Part shown: in pieces, positions 25,901-36,581 of the stretch
Layout: every line of letters begins with the position of its first letter
How positions within the stretch are numbered: the first letter of the stretch is position 1
Source: Octopus sinensis
Lineage: Eukaryota
Reading direction: 5' to 3'
DNA length: 64,000 bases
Assembly: GCF_006345805.1 (NCBI RefSeq)
Contig: NC_043008.1
Coordinates: forward strand, 56,234,001 to 56,298,000
The notes under the pieces: model-generated
What the model was told of the DNA's origin: nothing
Databases searched by the model: none
The model's input: only the letters and a program-made list of their open reading frames with translations
Translations under genes and position numbers: made by a program

Positions 25901-26512
25901 CACGTCACCCGGTCTGAGATTCGAACCCACAATCCCTCGACTGCGGGTCCGCTGCTCTAACCACTAGGCCATGTGTCTCCAGGAGAAATAGGAAGTAGGA
26001 GATGGGCAACTTAATATTTTGAAAAACTCTCTCACACCCTCTGCTGTTCCTGCTTCTCATTCAAATCGTTAACACATTGCATTCATTCAGCAACTGTAGT
26101 AATTAAAGAACAATTAATTACATGAGCTACAAATTTTACAGATCTCTCCATAAGCCAAACAGTGTTGCTATCGTTTTTTTTTTCCCCCCATCATACAAGT
26201 TGACTTAGTATATAGTATAAACATTCAGTTTAAATATTCAGACATCATTCCTGTCTTTCCAAATCCTGTTGTATTTCACATGAAATTTTTCGGTCCTCCA
26301 AAGTTGTTTTCGTGTTTAAGTCAACCTATATTTTTTGGCCGTAAATTTTGGTTTGAAAAATTTGTGTGCTAGAAGGCATAGTGTGTGCAACCAATACTGT
26401 ACTTCACTACTGCCATGCAGTGGGACTGAACCTGAAATCACATGGTTGCAAAGCAAACTTCTTAACCACACAACCATTCCTGCATTGATACTGTTATGAA
26501 TTTATAGATTTA

Positions 26513-26675
26513 CTGTATTTTAACATGTATAAGGAACCCTTTTTTATCAAAAATTAGGTTTAAGAAATATGGGAGTTTCTTATATATGGATAGTATTATA
26601 ATTCCTTACAAAACCTTTTTTTCCAAATTTTAAGCCCCCCAAATTAGGGGATTCCTTATACATGTTAAAATATGG
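26513..26675. mobile_element. Tc1/mariner-pogo-type MITE
   Basis: TIRs C(T/C)(G/A)TATTTTAACATGTATAAGGAA, TA on the left. Confidence 0.7.
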
Positions 26676-26806
26676 TGATTTTTCTGGTTTGTAAAGCATT
26701 TGTATTTGGATGTACATTTTCATGATGGCAATATTTACAAATAAACAATGGTGAGCAAAATGTCATATTTTCTAAAAACACTTTTCTTCTTCCTTCCCAT
26801 TTACAG

Positions 26807-26942
26807 ATGTATAGAAAGCATAATTTCTGAACAGCTGCGGAAATTAAAGGCCACGCTAGCCGATATCAGCACCTTGAACACTGCTCAAGCCACTGCCAAC
26901 GACCGATTAATTTATGTTAGAGCAAGTATTAAGAGCCCCAAG
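26807..26942 (+). CDS. Myo9: Myosin-IX exon 11 (CIESIISEQLRKLKATLADISTLNTAQATANDRLIYVRASIKSPK)
   Basis: ttacAG / GTgagt, phase 2-0. Matches the Myo9 post-GAP helix (C.E.I..EQ..K....L.DI..L...). Confidence 0.93.
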
Positions 26943-27561
26943 GTGAGTATTTTTGGACAACCTGATTTATGTATAAGTCTCTTCTTGAAATATTTCAACT
27001 TTTTTATGCCAGACAATGTACTTTCATGTACATTTTTTTTTTCATTTTATCATTCTTCCCTGTTTGTTTCAGTCATTTGACTATGGCCATGCTGGGGCAC
27101 CACCTTGAAGGGCTTTAGTTGAACAAATCGACCCCAGTAGTTATTTTTTAATTCTAATATTTGTAGCTTGTACTAACATCATGTATATTACTTAACATTA
27201 AGGTTTTTAATATAAATTACTTAATGTGTATAAGATTTTATTTAGATGTTTATTAAATAAATAAATTAATTAATAATTTAATTTAATGCATATAGTTTAA
27301 ATTATAGTATTTAGTTTTCACTTAATGTATATTTTGTATCATATATATATATAATAAATATTAGGGAATAAATCCAAACATACAGGGAAAAATCAGATTT
27401 AGGATTGAATCCAATTTTATAGTAAAATATTATATTATATTAAATTAGAGACAAAACCACTATTAGGCAAATCAAACATGAAAAACTTAATCCAATACAT
27501 AATATTATTTAATTTATATTATTTAAATATATAACAAAATTATTAAAAATATATATAATAT

Positions 27562-27610
<49 letters not shown>

Positions 27611-27902
27611 GATAGATAGATAGATAGATAGATATAGATATATATATATAAAGGAGGTGAGGATCAAAATCCTTCAAGGGGATGTCAAACACCCAAGTAT
27701 GTTGGTACAGTCCAAGTAAAGAATACATATAAAAAATATAGGCGCAGGAGTGGCTGTGTGGTAAGTAGCTTGCTTACCAACCACATGGTTCTGGGTTCAG
27801 TCTCACTGCGTGGCACCTTGGGCAAGTGTCTTCTACTATAGCCTTGGGCCGACCAAAGCCTTCTGAGTGGATTTGATAGATGGAAACTGAAAGAAGCCCA
27901 TC

Positions 27903-27958
<56 letters not shown>

Positions 27959-28266
27959 GTGTGTATATGTTTTTGTGTCTGTGTTTGTTCTCCCAACATT
28001 GCTTGACAATCGATGCTGGTGTGTTTACATCTCCGTAACTTAGCAGTTTGGCAAAAAAGACCGATAGAATAAGGACTAGGCTTACAAAGAATAAGTCCTG
28101 GGGTCGATTTCTTTGACTAAAGGCAGTGCTCCATCATGGCCGCTGTCAAATGACTGAAAAAAAAAATAAAAGAATAAAAGAGAGAGTATTCAGTATTTGT
28201 AAAAACAATAAATGAAGTATAAGGAATGGAAAAAAAAATTGTTTTGTAGGCGATCTTTAATTGTTA

Positions 28267-28579
28267 ATCCAGGTTGGTACGGAACCAATATAAATTCTGC
28301 AAATTGTTTCGGAGTCTAATTAAGTCTAAAGACAAAAACAGAAAGCTCTTCTTGAAATATGAATTAGATTCTTCGTCAGGAATTTCATATTGGTATGAAT
28401 AATTACAGCCAGCAAAAATATAAAAAGAACTCCCGTAGCCCAGACGGGAATGAACAAATAATAGAATGGAAAATCACTAGAACACCAGACCATTCAAAAC
28501 CAGAAAAATATATATAAAAAAATATGGGGGAAAAAAAAAAAAATTGTAGAATTTATATTGGTTCTGTACCAACCTGGAT
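28267..28579. mobile_element. 313-bp MITE
   Basis: ~36-bp TIRs ATCCAGGTTGGTAC(G/A)GAACCAATATAAATTCT, flanked by TA. Confidence 0.8.
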
Positions 28580-28599
28580 TATGAATTAAAGATCGTCTA

Positions 28600-28900
28600 C
28601 AACTACAATTTTGCAGTTCTATATTTAAGAGATGAGGAATTGTGTACATTATTTACATTTGACGGATATTTGTCCTCATCTTTTTTGTTGTTAACACGTT
28701 TCGGCTGATATACCCTCCAGCCTTCATCAGGTGTCTTGGAAAAATTTTGAACTTGGGTTCTCATTCCGAAGGTAGTTTTCAGTGTTGTTGTTAAAAAAAA
28801 AATTATTAGTATTACTATTATTATTATTATGTTTTTTCCTTCTTTCTTCAAATTTTCTTCCGTTTCTCGCTGAGTGTTTTCCATACACCTAAAGCAGAGA
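28600..28900 (-). mobile_element. Penelope-like terminal-repeat remnant
   Basis: Contains the acgtttcg...ttcatcag block typical of PLE ends and the hammerhead core above. Confidence 0.5.
28693..28735 (-). ncRNA. Degenerate minimal hammerhead motif in a Penelope-like terminal repeat
   Basis: Minus strand: gacac-CTGATGAA-ggctg(gagggtatat)cagcc-GAAA-C-gtgtt. Core and stem II are intact, but about 3 nt at the cleavage site are absent. Confidence 0.55.
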
Positions 28901-28938
28901 AGCTCATTGTATGCATTCATTTATTATTATTATTATTA

Positions 28939-28992
<54 letters not shown>

Positions 28993-29056
28993 TATTATTA
29001 TCATCATCATCATCATTTTTTTTTTTTTAAATAAAATATTGTCCGTTCTCTTCTGC

Positions 29057-29225
29057 TAAACCAGGGGTCATCCCTTGACCCTAGGGTCGCAGCAGGTCCT
29101 CATCTCATGGAGAGTACATGGCGTAAAATGTGTGCGGAACCTAGCAACACTATTTTCTGAAGTTCTCCCGCGTTAACACTGCAAGGGAGTTTGTTGAGCT
29201 GCCTATCAAGGCCCTTTTTTAATTT
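29057..29225 (-). mobile_element. R4/Dong-clade non-LTR element 3' fragment
   Basis: KKGLDRQLNKLPCSVNAGELQKIVLLGSAHILRHVLSM* is the typical end of the restriction-like endonuclease ORF. It lies next to an (AAT)n/(ATC)n tract. Confidence 0.75.
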
Positions 29226-29250
29226 AATAAAATATCTTTTATCGTTGCAG

Positions 29251-29381
29251 CCTGGTGAATCACCTGAAGAGGAGTTTGTAGAAGCAGTTGAATCTCCAAG
29301 TCCTGACAATCTCGGTCTCTTTGATGCCAGAGCAGAAGAACTTGCTCTGTCTGCTCATATAGAATGCATTCAGAAGGAGAA
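29251..29381 (+). CDS. Myo9: Myosin-IX exon 12 (PGESPEEEFVEAVESPSPDNLGLFDARAEELALSAHIECIQKEK)
   Basis: ttgcAG / GTaagt, phase 0-2. EE..L...I..I..EK coiled-coil start. Confidence 0.88.
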
Positions 29382-29759
29382 GTAAGTCATACATACGTGT
29401 TTGTATGCACGTGCACACACACACATTCATTCATTCATTCATCGATCCATACATACTACAAATTTCCATTTAAACCAATGATAATTGGTGCATTTGGTCT
29501 ATTTGACAATCTGGATGAGGTAGGATTTTGACAAGTACAAAATTTATTATGCCCCATATATACATATACATGTGCTAAATTTTTGATGTTGTCCTGTATA
29601 TACTGCTATATACTAAATTTACAATGTCCTATGTACACAAGCATCCACCACAATATCCAATCGTTCTTGCGGATTGGTGCCGCATAATGCCTCAAAAATC
29701 CTGAGAGTTATGCCAGTGGAGCATATCTCCTGGTAGGATCAGAGAATTGAAGCCAGACT

Positions 29760-29990
29760 AATATGGATCACCTGTTTGCAAAGGTTAAAGTGGGTTTGCA
29801 TAGGGCCAACACCTTTATCTTGAAAAATAAAAAAGCTAAGAGAAGCATTGATGACAATTCATAAACAACAAGATCTTGAAGACAAAAGGCCTTACTTGGA
29901 ATAAAAAAAATCCAAAAGGATGCTGGAAGGCCTACTCCCCTTCTGACCATCAGGACAGCTTTGGGTCAAGAACAGCGGAGAAAAGTCATT
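29760..29990 (+). mobile_element. Degenerate non-LTR ORF fragment; homologous piece on - at ~24650-24900
   Basis: Both translate to KWVCIGP followed by K...AL.TI..QQD. Clade not identified. Confidence 0.35.
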
Positions 29991-30084
29991 GATAGCTTAT
30001 GCTCCATAGGGAATGTGTGAACAGGAGTCAAGAGGGACCAGGAGGGAAGGAGAAAGAGTTAAATAAACAGAGAGCATGTTAAAC

Positions 30085-30499
30085 CGTTGATCCCTACGCA
30101 TTTTTTTCTCTCTCCATTTTCCCCCTTCTTAATCCTGTAGAGTGTAGGTTTGAAACGTCAAAGACTTTTCCATTCTTCTTGAGCGTTAAACTAATACACT
30201 TCCTTATTATTCCCTCATCTTTCTTTGTCTTTTGCTTTCTGTAAATTCGAACTACACACACACACACACACACACACAAAAACATGTACTAAAGTTATAA
30301 TGTGGTCCCAATGGACCGTTAGCTCCTACACGCATTTTTTTCTCTCCTTGTTTCTTTTCTGTGTATCTTTCTGTCGAAGAGCGTAGGCTCGAAACGTAAA
30401 AGATTTTTTCTATTTCTATTCCTGAGCGCCATACTAATACATTTGTTTGTTTGTACTCCACCTGCCTTCATCTTTTGTTTATTTTCGTAAACCTTCCCG

Positions 30500-30510
<11 letters not shown>
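30085..30510 (+). mobile_element. Two tandem short Penelope-terminal-repeat-like units, each ending in a microsatellite
   Basis: Both begin cctac(a)cgcattttt(t)tctctc, carry gag(c/t)gtagg(c/t)t(c/t)gaaacgt and gagcg..a.actaatac, and end in (CA)n or (TA)n. Confidence 0.55.
30365..30404 (+). ncRNA. Minimal type I hammerhead ribozyme-like motif (short stem III), core variant A6U
   Basis: atcttt-CTGTCGAA-gagc(gtag)gctc-GAAA-CG-TA-aaagat: perfect 6-bp stem I, 4-bp stem II, palindromic ACGT stem III, predicted cleavage after 30398. Confidence 0.65.
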
Positions 30511-30543
<33 letters not shown>

Positions 30544-30635
30544 TGTGTGTTAGTGATACTCTCTATGCTGAGCCAGTTATAAATGTATGATGCCATCCAA
30601 TGCTAAACACATGATGTTGTCCTATTCTGTTACAG

Positions 30636-30790
30636 AGAAGATCTTACATGCAACCTGCCACGACTGGAGTGTCAACAGTTGAGCTCTGACGATGAGTCTA
30701 ATAGTGTGGAGGGCTTACTGTCAAATGCACCTGACTGCACTGATGCAGATGAAACCAACGAAGAATATGCTGTTACCTTTGATCTTCCAG
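30636..30790 (+). CDS. Myo9: Myosin-IX exon 13 (EDLTCNLPRLECQQLSSDDESNSVEGLL...EEYAVTFDLP)
   Basis: ttacAG / GTaagt, phase 2-1. LT..LP.L..SSDDE resembles the Myo9 distal tail. Confidence 0.88.
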
Positions 30791-30906
30791 GTAAGTTTCA
30801 AGTATTACATATCACCATATATATCATTATATATATATATATAAATAATTACAGGATAAAGTCATTAAAAAATGAATGAATTTTATCTATATATATATAT
30901 ATATAT

Positions 30907-30938
<32 letters not shown>

Positions 30939-31001
30939 TATATATATATATATAATATATACATATATAATATATATATATTATATATATATATATATAT
31001 A

Positions 31002-31050
<49 letters not shown>

Positions 31051-32358
31051 CATGGTCTTGTGCTGGTGGCACGTAAAAAGTACCAACCAATCGTGGCCAT
31101 TGCCAGCCTCGTCTGGCACCTCTGCTGGTGACACGTAAAAAGTACCCACTATACTCACAGAGTGGTTGGCATTAGGAAGGGCATCCAGCTGTAGAAACAT
31201 TGCCAGATCAGACTGGGCCTGGTGCAGCCTTCCGGCTTCCCAGACCCCAGTTGAACCGTCCAACCCATGCTAGCATGGAAAGCAGATGCTAAACGATGAT
31301 GATGATGATCATCATCATCATCACTGTTGATCATGTGACTGACCAGACTGTTAGATGTTGTTACACATAACTGGTCACAGTGCATTTTAGCCTTTGAATG
31401 ATGCCACACTGCTGGCTAGGCAAGCAGGCCAACATTCTTCCCATCAATGTAAAAATGGAGTGTTTTGCTCAAGAACTCAAAATGCTGCCTGGTCTGGGAA
31501 TCAGACCCACAATCTGTTTAATATACAAACCGGTGACATTTACGTAAGTGGTAACAACGAAACCGGTTTGTGATTAATCTTTATATTTTGTATCTTTTCA
31601 TTTGTCTTGCTCGCTTACGTTCTGGTGTTTGCTAAATTTTCTTGAGAACATTCCTTTCTTAGTGGTAAGACCATAGGGGGTTGACTTCTAGCATAATGGA
31701 TGTCCATTTAGTGGTCCTCCCTCTTATATTTATGTAATATAATTTTTCTGAATCTTCAGATTTTTCTATTTGCTAGACCACTGGTTTTAAATTGATATTA
31801 ATCAAATTAATATTCAATTTTTCACCCTTATTATTTTAAATTTATATATATATATACATTTGATCCTTTTTCCAAGAAATCTAATGCTCGTAGCTTAGTT
31901 TTTCCTTGGGGCTGGCCAGATCGGAGCAATCTCAAGATTAATCAGCCGAAATTGCGAGGATGATCCAGTTCTTGACTGAAGATTAGAGGCTTCGAATGGC
32001 CCGTCCGTTTTCGAATCGTCTATTTAAATGTTTTGCGTTCTTGTCCCATTTTATATTTTTATATATAAGGCGGCAAGCTGGCAGAAACGTTAGCACGCCG
32101 GGCGAAATGCGTAGCCGTTTTTTGTCTGCCGTTACGTTCTGAGTTCAAATTCCGCCGAGGTCAACTTTGCCTTTCATCCTTTCGGGGTCGATAAATTAAG
32201 TACCAGTTGCGCACTGGGGTCGATGTAATCGACTTAATCCCTTTGTCTGTCCTTGTTTGTCCTCTCTGTGTTTAGCCCCTTGTGGGTAGTAAAGAAATAT
32301 ATATTTTTATATATATTTTTTATACATATATTTTTGCGGTGTACGTACACACCTTCCT

Positions 32359-32400
<42 letters not shown>

Positions 32401-32479
32401 CATATATATATGTATATATAAATATATATTCCTCTCAACATTGACAGGTACACACCTCTCCCTACTCCCCACCCACCCC

Positions 32480-33020
32480 ACCCTACATTTACACTTTTCT
32501 CATAATTTTGGAGCTCATTACATAGAACTGCCAGTGTAAAAGTTTATTCTCTTTTGAATTCTTTCTTTCAAGAAAATGATCAGAGTTATGTCCTTAGTCC
32601 ATTCTACCTTTGATGTGGCTTCCTGGTAAGAGTTCTGTTTGTTTGATTTTTTTTTTCTGTCCACTTCCAGGAATGCTGCCTTCTCTCTTGGTTTCATCGT
32701 CACATCTTTTATATTCTACTTTTCCTCTTTCACTGAACTTGATATAGTTTTATTCTCACTGCCTGTTCTTGGGCTGCAATGACAATGGCTCTAGTTTCTA
32801 CTTTCAAGTAATTTTCCCTTGTCTATTCCCCAAATTCTTATCTTTGTCGACTGTTTCAGACATTTCCCTGCAAGAATTGACCGTACGTTTTTTTTTTTTT
32901 TTACCTTTCCATCTCTTCAAGGTATCATTCTGTCTGTCTTGTTTAAATTCTCTCTTTTCCTTTGCTTCATCACTGCTTGGGACTATTATCTGTCCTACTC
33001 CTTCCACCACTCGCCTTTGA
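32480..33020 (-). mobile_element. R4/Dong-clade fragment (post-RT region), degenerate
   Basis: RWKGK..YGQFL, GKITLKVETRAIVIAAQEQA, NYIK; frameshifted. Confidence 0.6.
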
Positions 33021-33031
33021 ATTCTTTACAT

Positions 33032-33089
<58 letters not shown>

Positions 33090-33310
33090 CCATCATCATC
33101 ACCATCACCACCACCACCACCATCACCATCACCATCATCACCATGATGATGATGATGATGATGAAGATGATGATGGTGATGATGATGAGGCATTGGCAGA
33201 ATCGTTATCATGCTGGGCAAAATGCTTAGTTGTACTTCGTCCTTCTTTATATTCTGAGTTCAAATGTCGCTGAGGTGGGCTTTGCCTTTAAGGCGGTGAG
33301 CTGACCGAAT

Positions 33311-33314
33311 TATT

Positions 33315-33347
<33 letters not shown>

Positions 33348-33397
33348 GGCTCCTGCACTAGGATGACCTGCAAATTCATGAAGCGTTTCATATTTTT
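33311..33397 (+). pseudogene. U6: 5'-truncated U6 snRNA retro-pseudogene (U6 nt ~21-107)
   Basis: Direct comparison with canonical U6: 8 mismatches in 87 nt. ACAGAGAAGATTAGC is intact and it ends in TATTTTT. The first 20 nt (5' stem-loop) are missing. Confidence 0.9.
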
Positions 33398-34269
33398 TAA
33401 GGCTCAGACATGGCTGCGTGGTAAGAAGCTTGCTTCCCAACCACATGGTTCTGGGTTCAGTCCCACTGCATGGTACCTTGGGCAAGTGTTTTCTACTATA
33501 GCCCTGGGCCGACCAAAGCCTTGTGAGTGAATTTGGTAGACAGAAACTGAAAGAAGCTCGTCATATATATATATGTATATGTGTGTGTGTGTTTGTTTCC
33601 CCATCATCACTTGACACCGATGTTGATGTGCTTATGTCCCTGTAACTTAGCGGTTCAGCAAAAGAGACTGATAGAATAAGTACCAGGCTTACAAAGAATA
33701 AGTCCTGGGGTCGACTTATTCGACTAAAGGCAGTGCTCCAGCGTGGCCACAATCAAATGACTGAAACAAGTAAAAGAATAAAATACCGGCCAAAATACTT
33801 ACTGATGTTTCATCCGTCTTCCTAATGCCAACCACGTTATAGAGTGTACCGGGTGCTTTTAGCCCCTGTACAGGTGCTTCCTGCGGGCATCAGCACCCGC
33901 AAGCCCACAAGATTAAGACAGCTCAGCTGAAGAGGGATGCAGGGAACATGCCTTTATGCAATGACAACCATGAGTTTACTTAGCTTGATTTGTCTTCTCA
34001 ATCACAACAAACCACCAGAAGTCTTGGTCTTCCTGGGATCAACTCCACAACACTAACACTGACGTAAAATTCCAGACATTTATCAAGAAATAGAAATTGA
34101 ATGAAAAAATTTTTGATGCAATGTAAAAACAAAACACATTTTTATTCTCCACCTTACTGTCTGGTTATCTCCCTTGTATTTTACCTCTTGTAACATTTAC
34201 TGAAGTCCAGCTTTTAAAGTCTTGTCTTCTCCTGTGCTTCATTAAGATTCAGAAGTCTTCATCATTAAT

Positions 34270-35140
34270 CACACTATGTAATTTAATCTCTGATGTTGTA
34301 TTACCTTAATCTAATTCAATAATCTTCAATTATATCCATCTCAGCTGTTTTCTTCGTCATTAATCTTCATCATAATCAATCTCTGGTACCCTCTATAAAA
34401 TTAATCTTCTTCATTAATCCTAGTCTTCTACATCATTAACTTTCAGTATATATCAATCACAGCAGTCTTGTACATCATTAATCTTCCATGTAGTCAACCT
34501 CCTGTGTCTTCTACATCATTAATTTTCACCTTAATCAATCTCAGGTATCTTCCTCCATCACTAATCTTCCATAATCAAACTCAAGTACTCTCTACATCAT
34601 TAATCTCCTTCATTAATCTTCATCATTCTTCTTCTCTGTAATAAATTTCACCTGTCTTCTATATCATTAATTTTCACAGTAATCAATCTCAGGTACCTTG
34701 TACATCACTGCCAATCTTATACATCATTAATCTTTATTGTGTATCAATCTCAGATACCCTTTACATAATTAATCTTTATTAATCTTCAATGTATATTAAT
34801 TTCTGCTGTCATCTAAATCATCAATCCTCATTATATTCAATCTCCTTTGAGTTCACCATCATTAATCTTTACTCTAATCAATCTCAAGTATCTTCTTCAT
34901 TGTTAATCTTCTCTATAATCAACCTCAAGTGCCCTCTACATCAATATCTTCTTCATTAATCTTCATTAATCTTTCTTCACTTTAATGAATCCCAAGTGTC
35001 CTTTACATCATTAACCCCCCTTAATAACTGCTTCATTAATCTTCATCATTAATCTCCACCATAGTCAATCTCTGGCATCATTAATCTTCATGCTAATGAA
35101 TCTCAGGTACCCTCTATATCATTAACCACCTTCTCTATAA
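34270..35140. repeat. Old degenerate ~40-bp satellite (ACATCATTAATCTTC...AATCAATCTCAGGTACC)
   Basis: Recurring CATTAATCTT and TCAATCTC words across ~870 bp. Confidence 0.7.
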
Positions 35141-35419
35141 TCAATCACTGCTAATTTGTTTTGTTTTCATTGTATTTTGTTTTATTCATAAAATTATTTT
35201 CAGCCAGTGATTTTAGGGGAGAACACCAGCAGGATCTGGAAACACACAGTTTATTTCTTGTATTAGACACACACATGTTGTTAAAAGATGTGTTTGAAGA
35301 AATACACAGATTAGGGTCTGTGTATTAGGTTTGTTTGATCAACAACATGGGGAAACACAAGAAAACACAGTTATCTGGTGTGTTACACATTCTGTAAGGT
35401 GATATATACATATATATAT

Positions 35420-35752
35420 ATACATCATCATCATCATCATCATTTAATGTCCGCTTTCCATGCTAGCATGGGTTGGACGGTTCAACTGGGGTCTGGGGAG
35501 CCCGAAAGCTGCACCAGTCCAGTCAGATCTGGCAGTGTTTCTACAGCTGGATGCCCTTCCTAACGCCAACCACTCCGAGAGTGTAGTGGGTGATTTTATG
35601 TGCCACCGACACAGGTGCCAGACGAGGCTGGCAAACAGCCACGCTCGGATGGTGTTTTTTATGTGCCACCGACACAGGTGCCAGACGAGGCTGGCAGACG
35701 GCCACGCTCGGATGGTGTTTTTATGTGCCACCGACACAGGTGCCAGATGAGG

Positions 35753-35755
<3 letters not shown>
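35420..35755 (-). mobile_element. SINE-like family C with (GAT)n tail (RTE-like 3' end)
   Basis: Sense strand GGTTGGCGTTAGGAAGGGCATCCAGCTGTAGAAAC...GGACGTTAAA(C/T)GATGATGAT. This copy and 2770-2945 lie on -; copies at 8790-9060, 11810-12140 and 31050-31320 lie on +. Confidence 0.75.
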
Positions 35756-35795
<40 letters not shown>

Positions 35796-36336
35796 AGATA
35801 AGAAAATGGAGAAATACATCTAAATCAAATATCAATTACACGATAATACTCAATCACATACAGTAAGTGAATTGATTGCATCGCAATCATTAGCATTTAT
35901 GTATTAACTTTGTTGGGTACTTCACTAGCAGTATATTGGATATATGTTATCCCATGGAGGGTTGCATTTACAACCCCTATCTCAATTTGTATATATATAT
36001 ATGAAACGTTAAAGACTTGTTTTATTTATATTTCCTGAGCGCCATACTAATACAATTGTTCGTTTGTTTTCCACCTGCCTTCGTCTTTTGTCTATTTTCA
36101 TAAAGCTTCCCGTTATATATATAATTAGTCATTCTCGTACTTTAAATATACACATGTATTAGAATTTTCTCTGATTTTTCAAATTTTTGTATGCTAGGGT
36201 ACTGGTTTTAAATTGATATTAATTAAATTTATATTCAATTTATCTCCCTCATTATTTAAATGACATTTATTTACTGATATATATATATATATATTTATCT
36301 ATTTCTCATTTTTTCGTTTTTGTTTTCTTGTTGCAG

Positions 36337-36581
36337 TTAACCCACCTAGTCGTTTAAAACACCTGAACAAACGACGAGTCGCAGTTCCCCACAGACATTT
36401 ACCATCTAAATATCGAACTCGTAAACCGAGCGACACCCGCTCGCACCACCACCGCCCCCAGCCTAACTTCCCAATCCAAATCATCGCCAACTCCGGCGGC
36501 TACAGAAGAATGCGTAATGCTGGTCTTGTCCTCTCCCTGGAACGTTTGGACGACGTCCAAGAAGATGAAATCATGGTCTGA
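36337..36581 (+). CDS. Myo9: Myosin-IX terminal coding exon (VNPPSRLKHLNKRR...LERLDDVQEDEIMV*)
   Basis: Long pyrimidine tract then ttgcAG, phase 1, open frame to TGA at 36579-36581. The ending EIMV resembles vertebrate MYO9A EFMV (from memory). Confidence 0.85.

Noticed and set aside
31970-32005. CTGAAGA...TTCGAAT hammerhead-like words
   Set aside because: GAAT instead of GAAA and no convincing stems I/II.
33311-33397. Functional U6 gene
   Set aside because: Lacks the 5' 20 nt, has 8 substitutions, and is preceded by SINE sequence rather than a PSE/TATA promoter.
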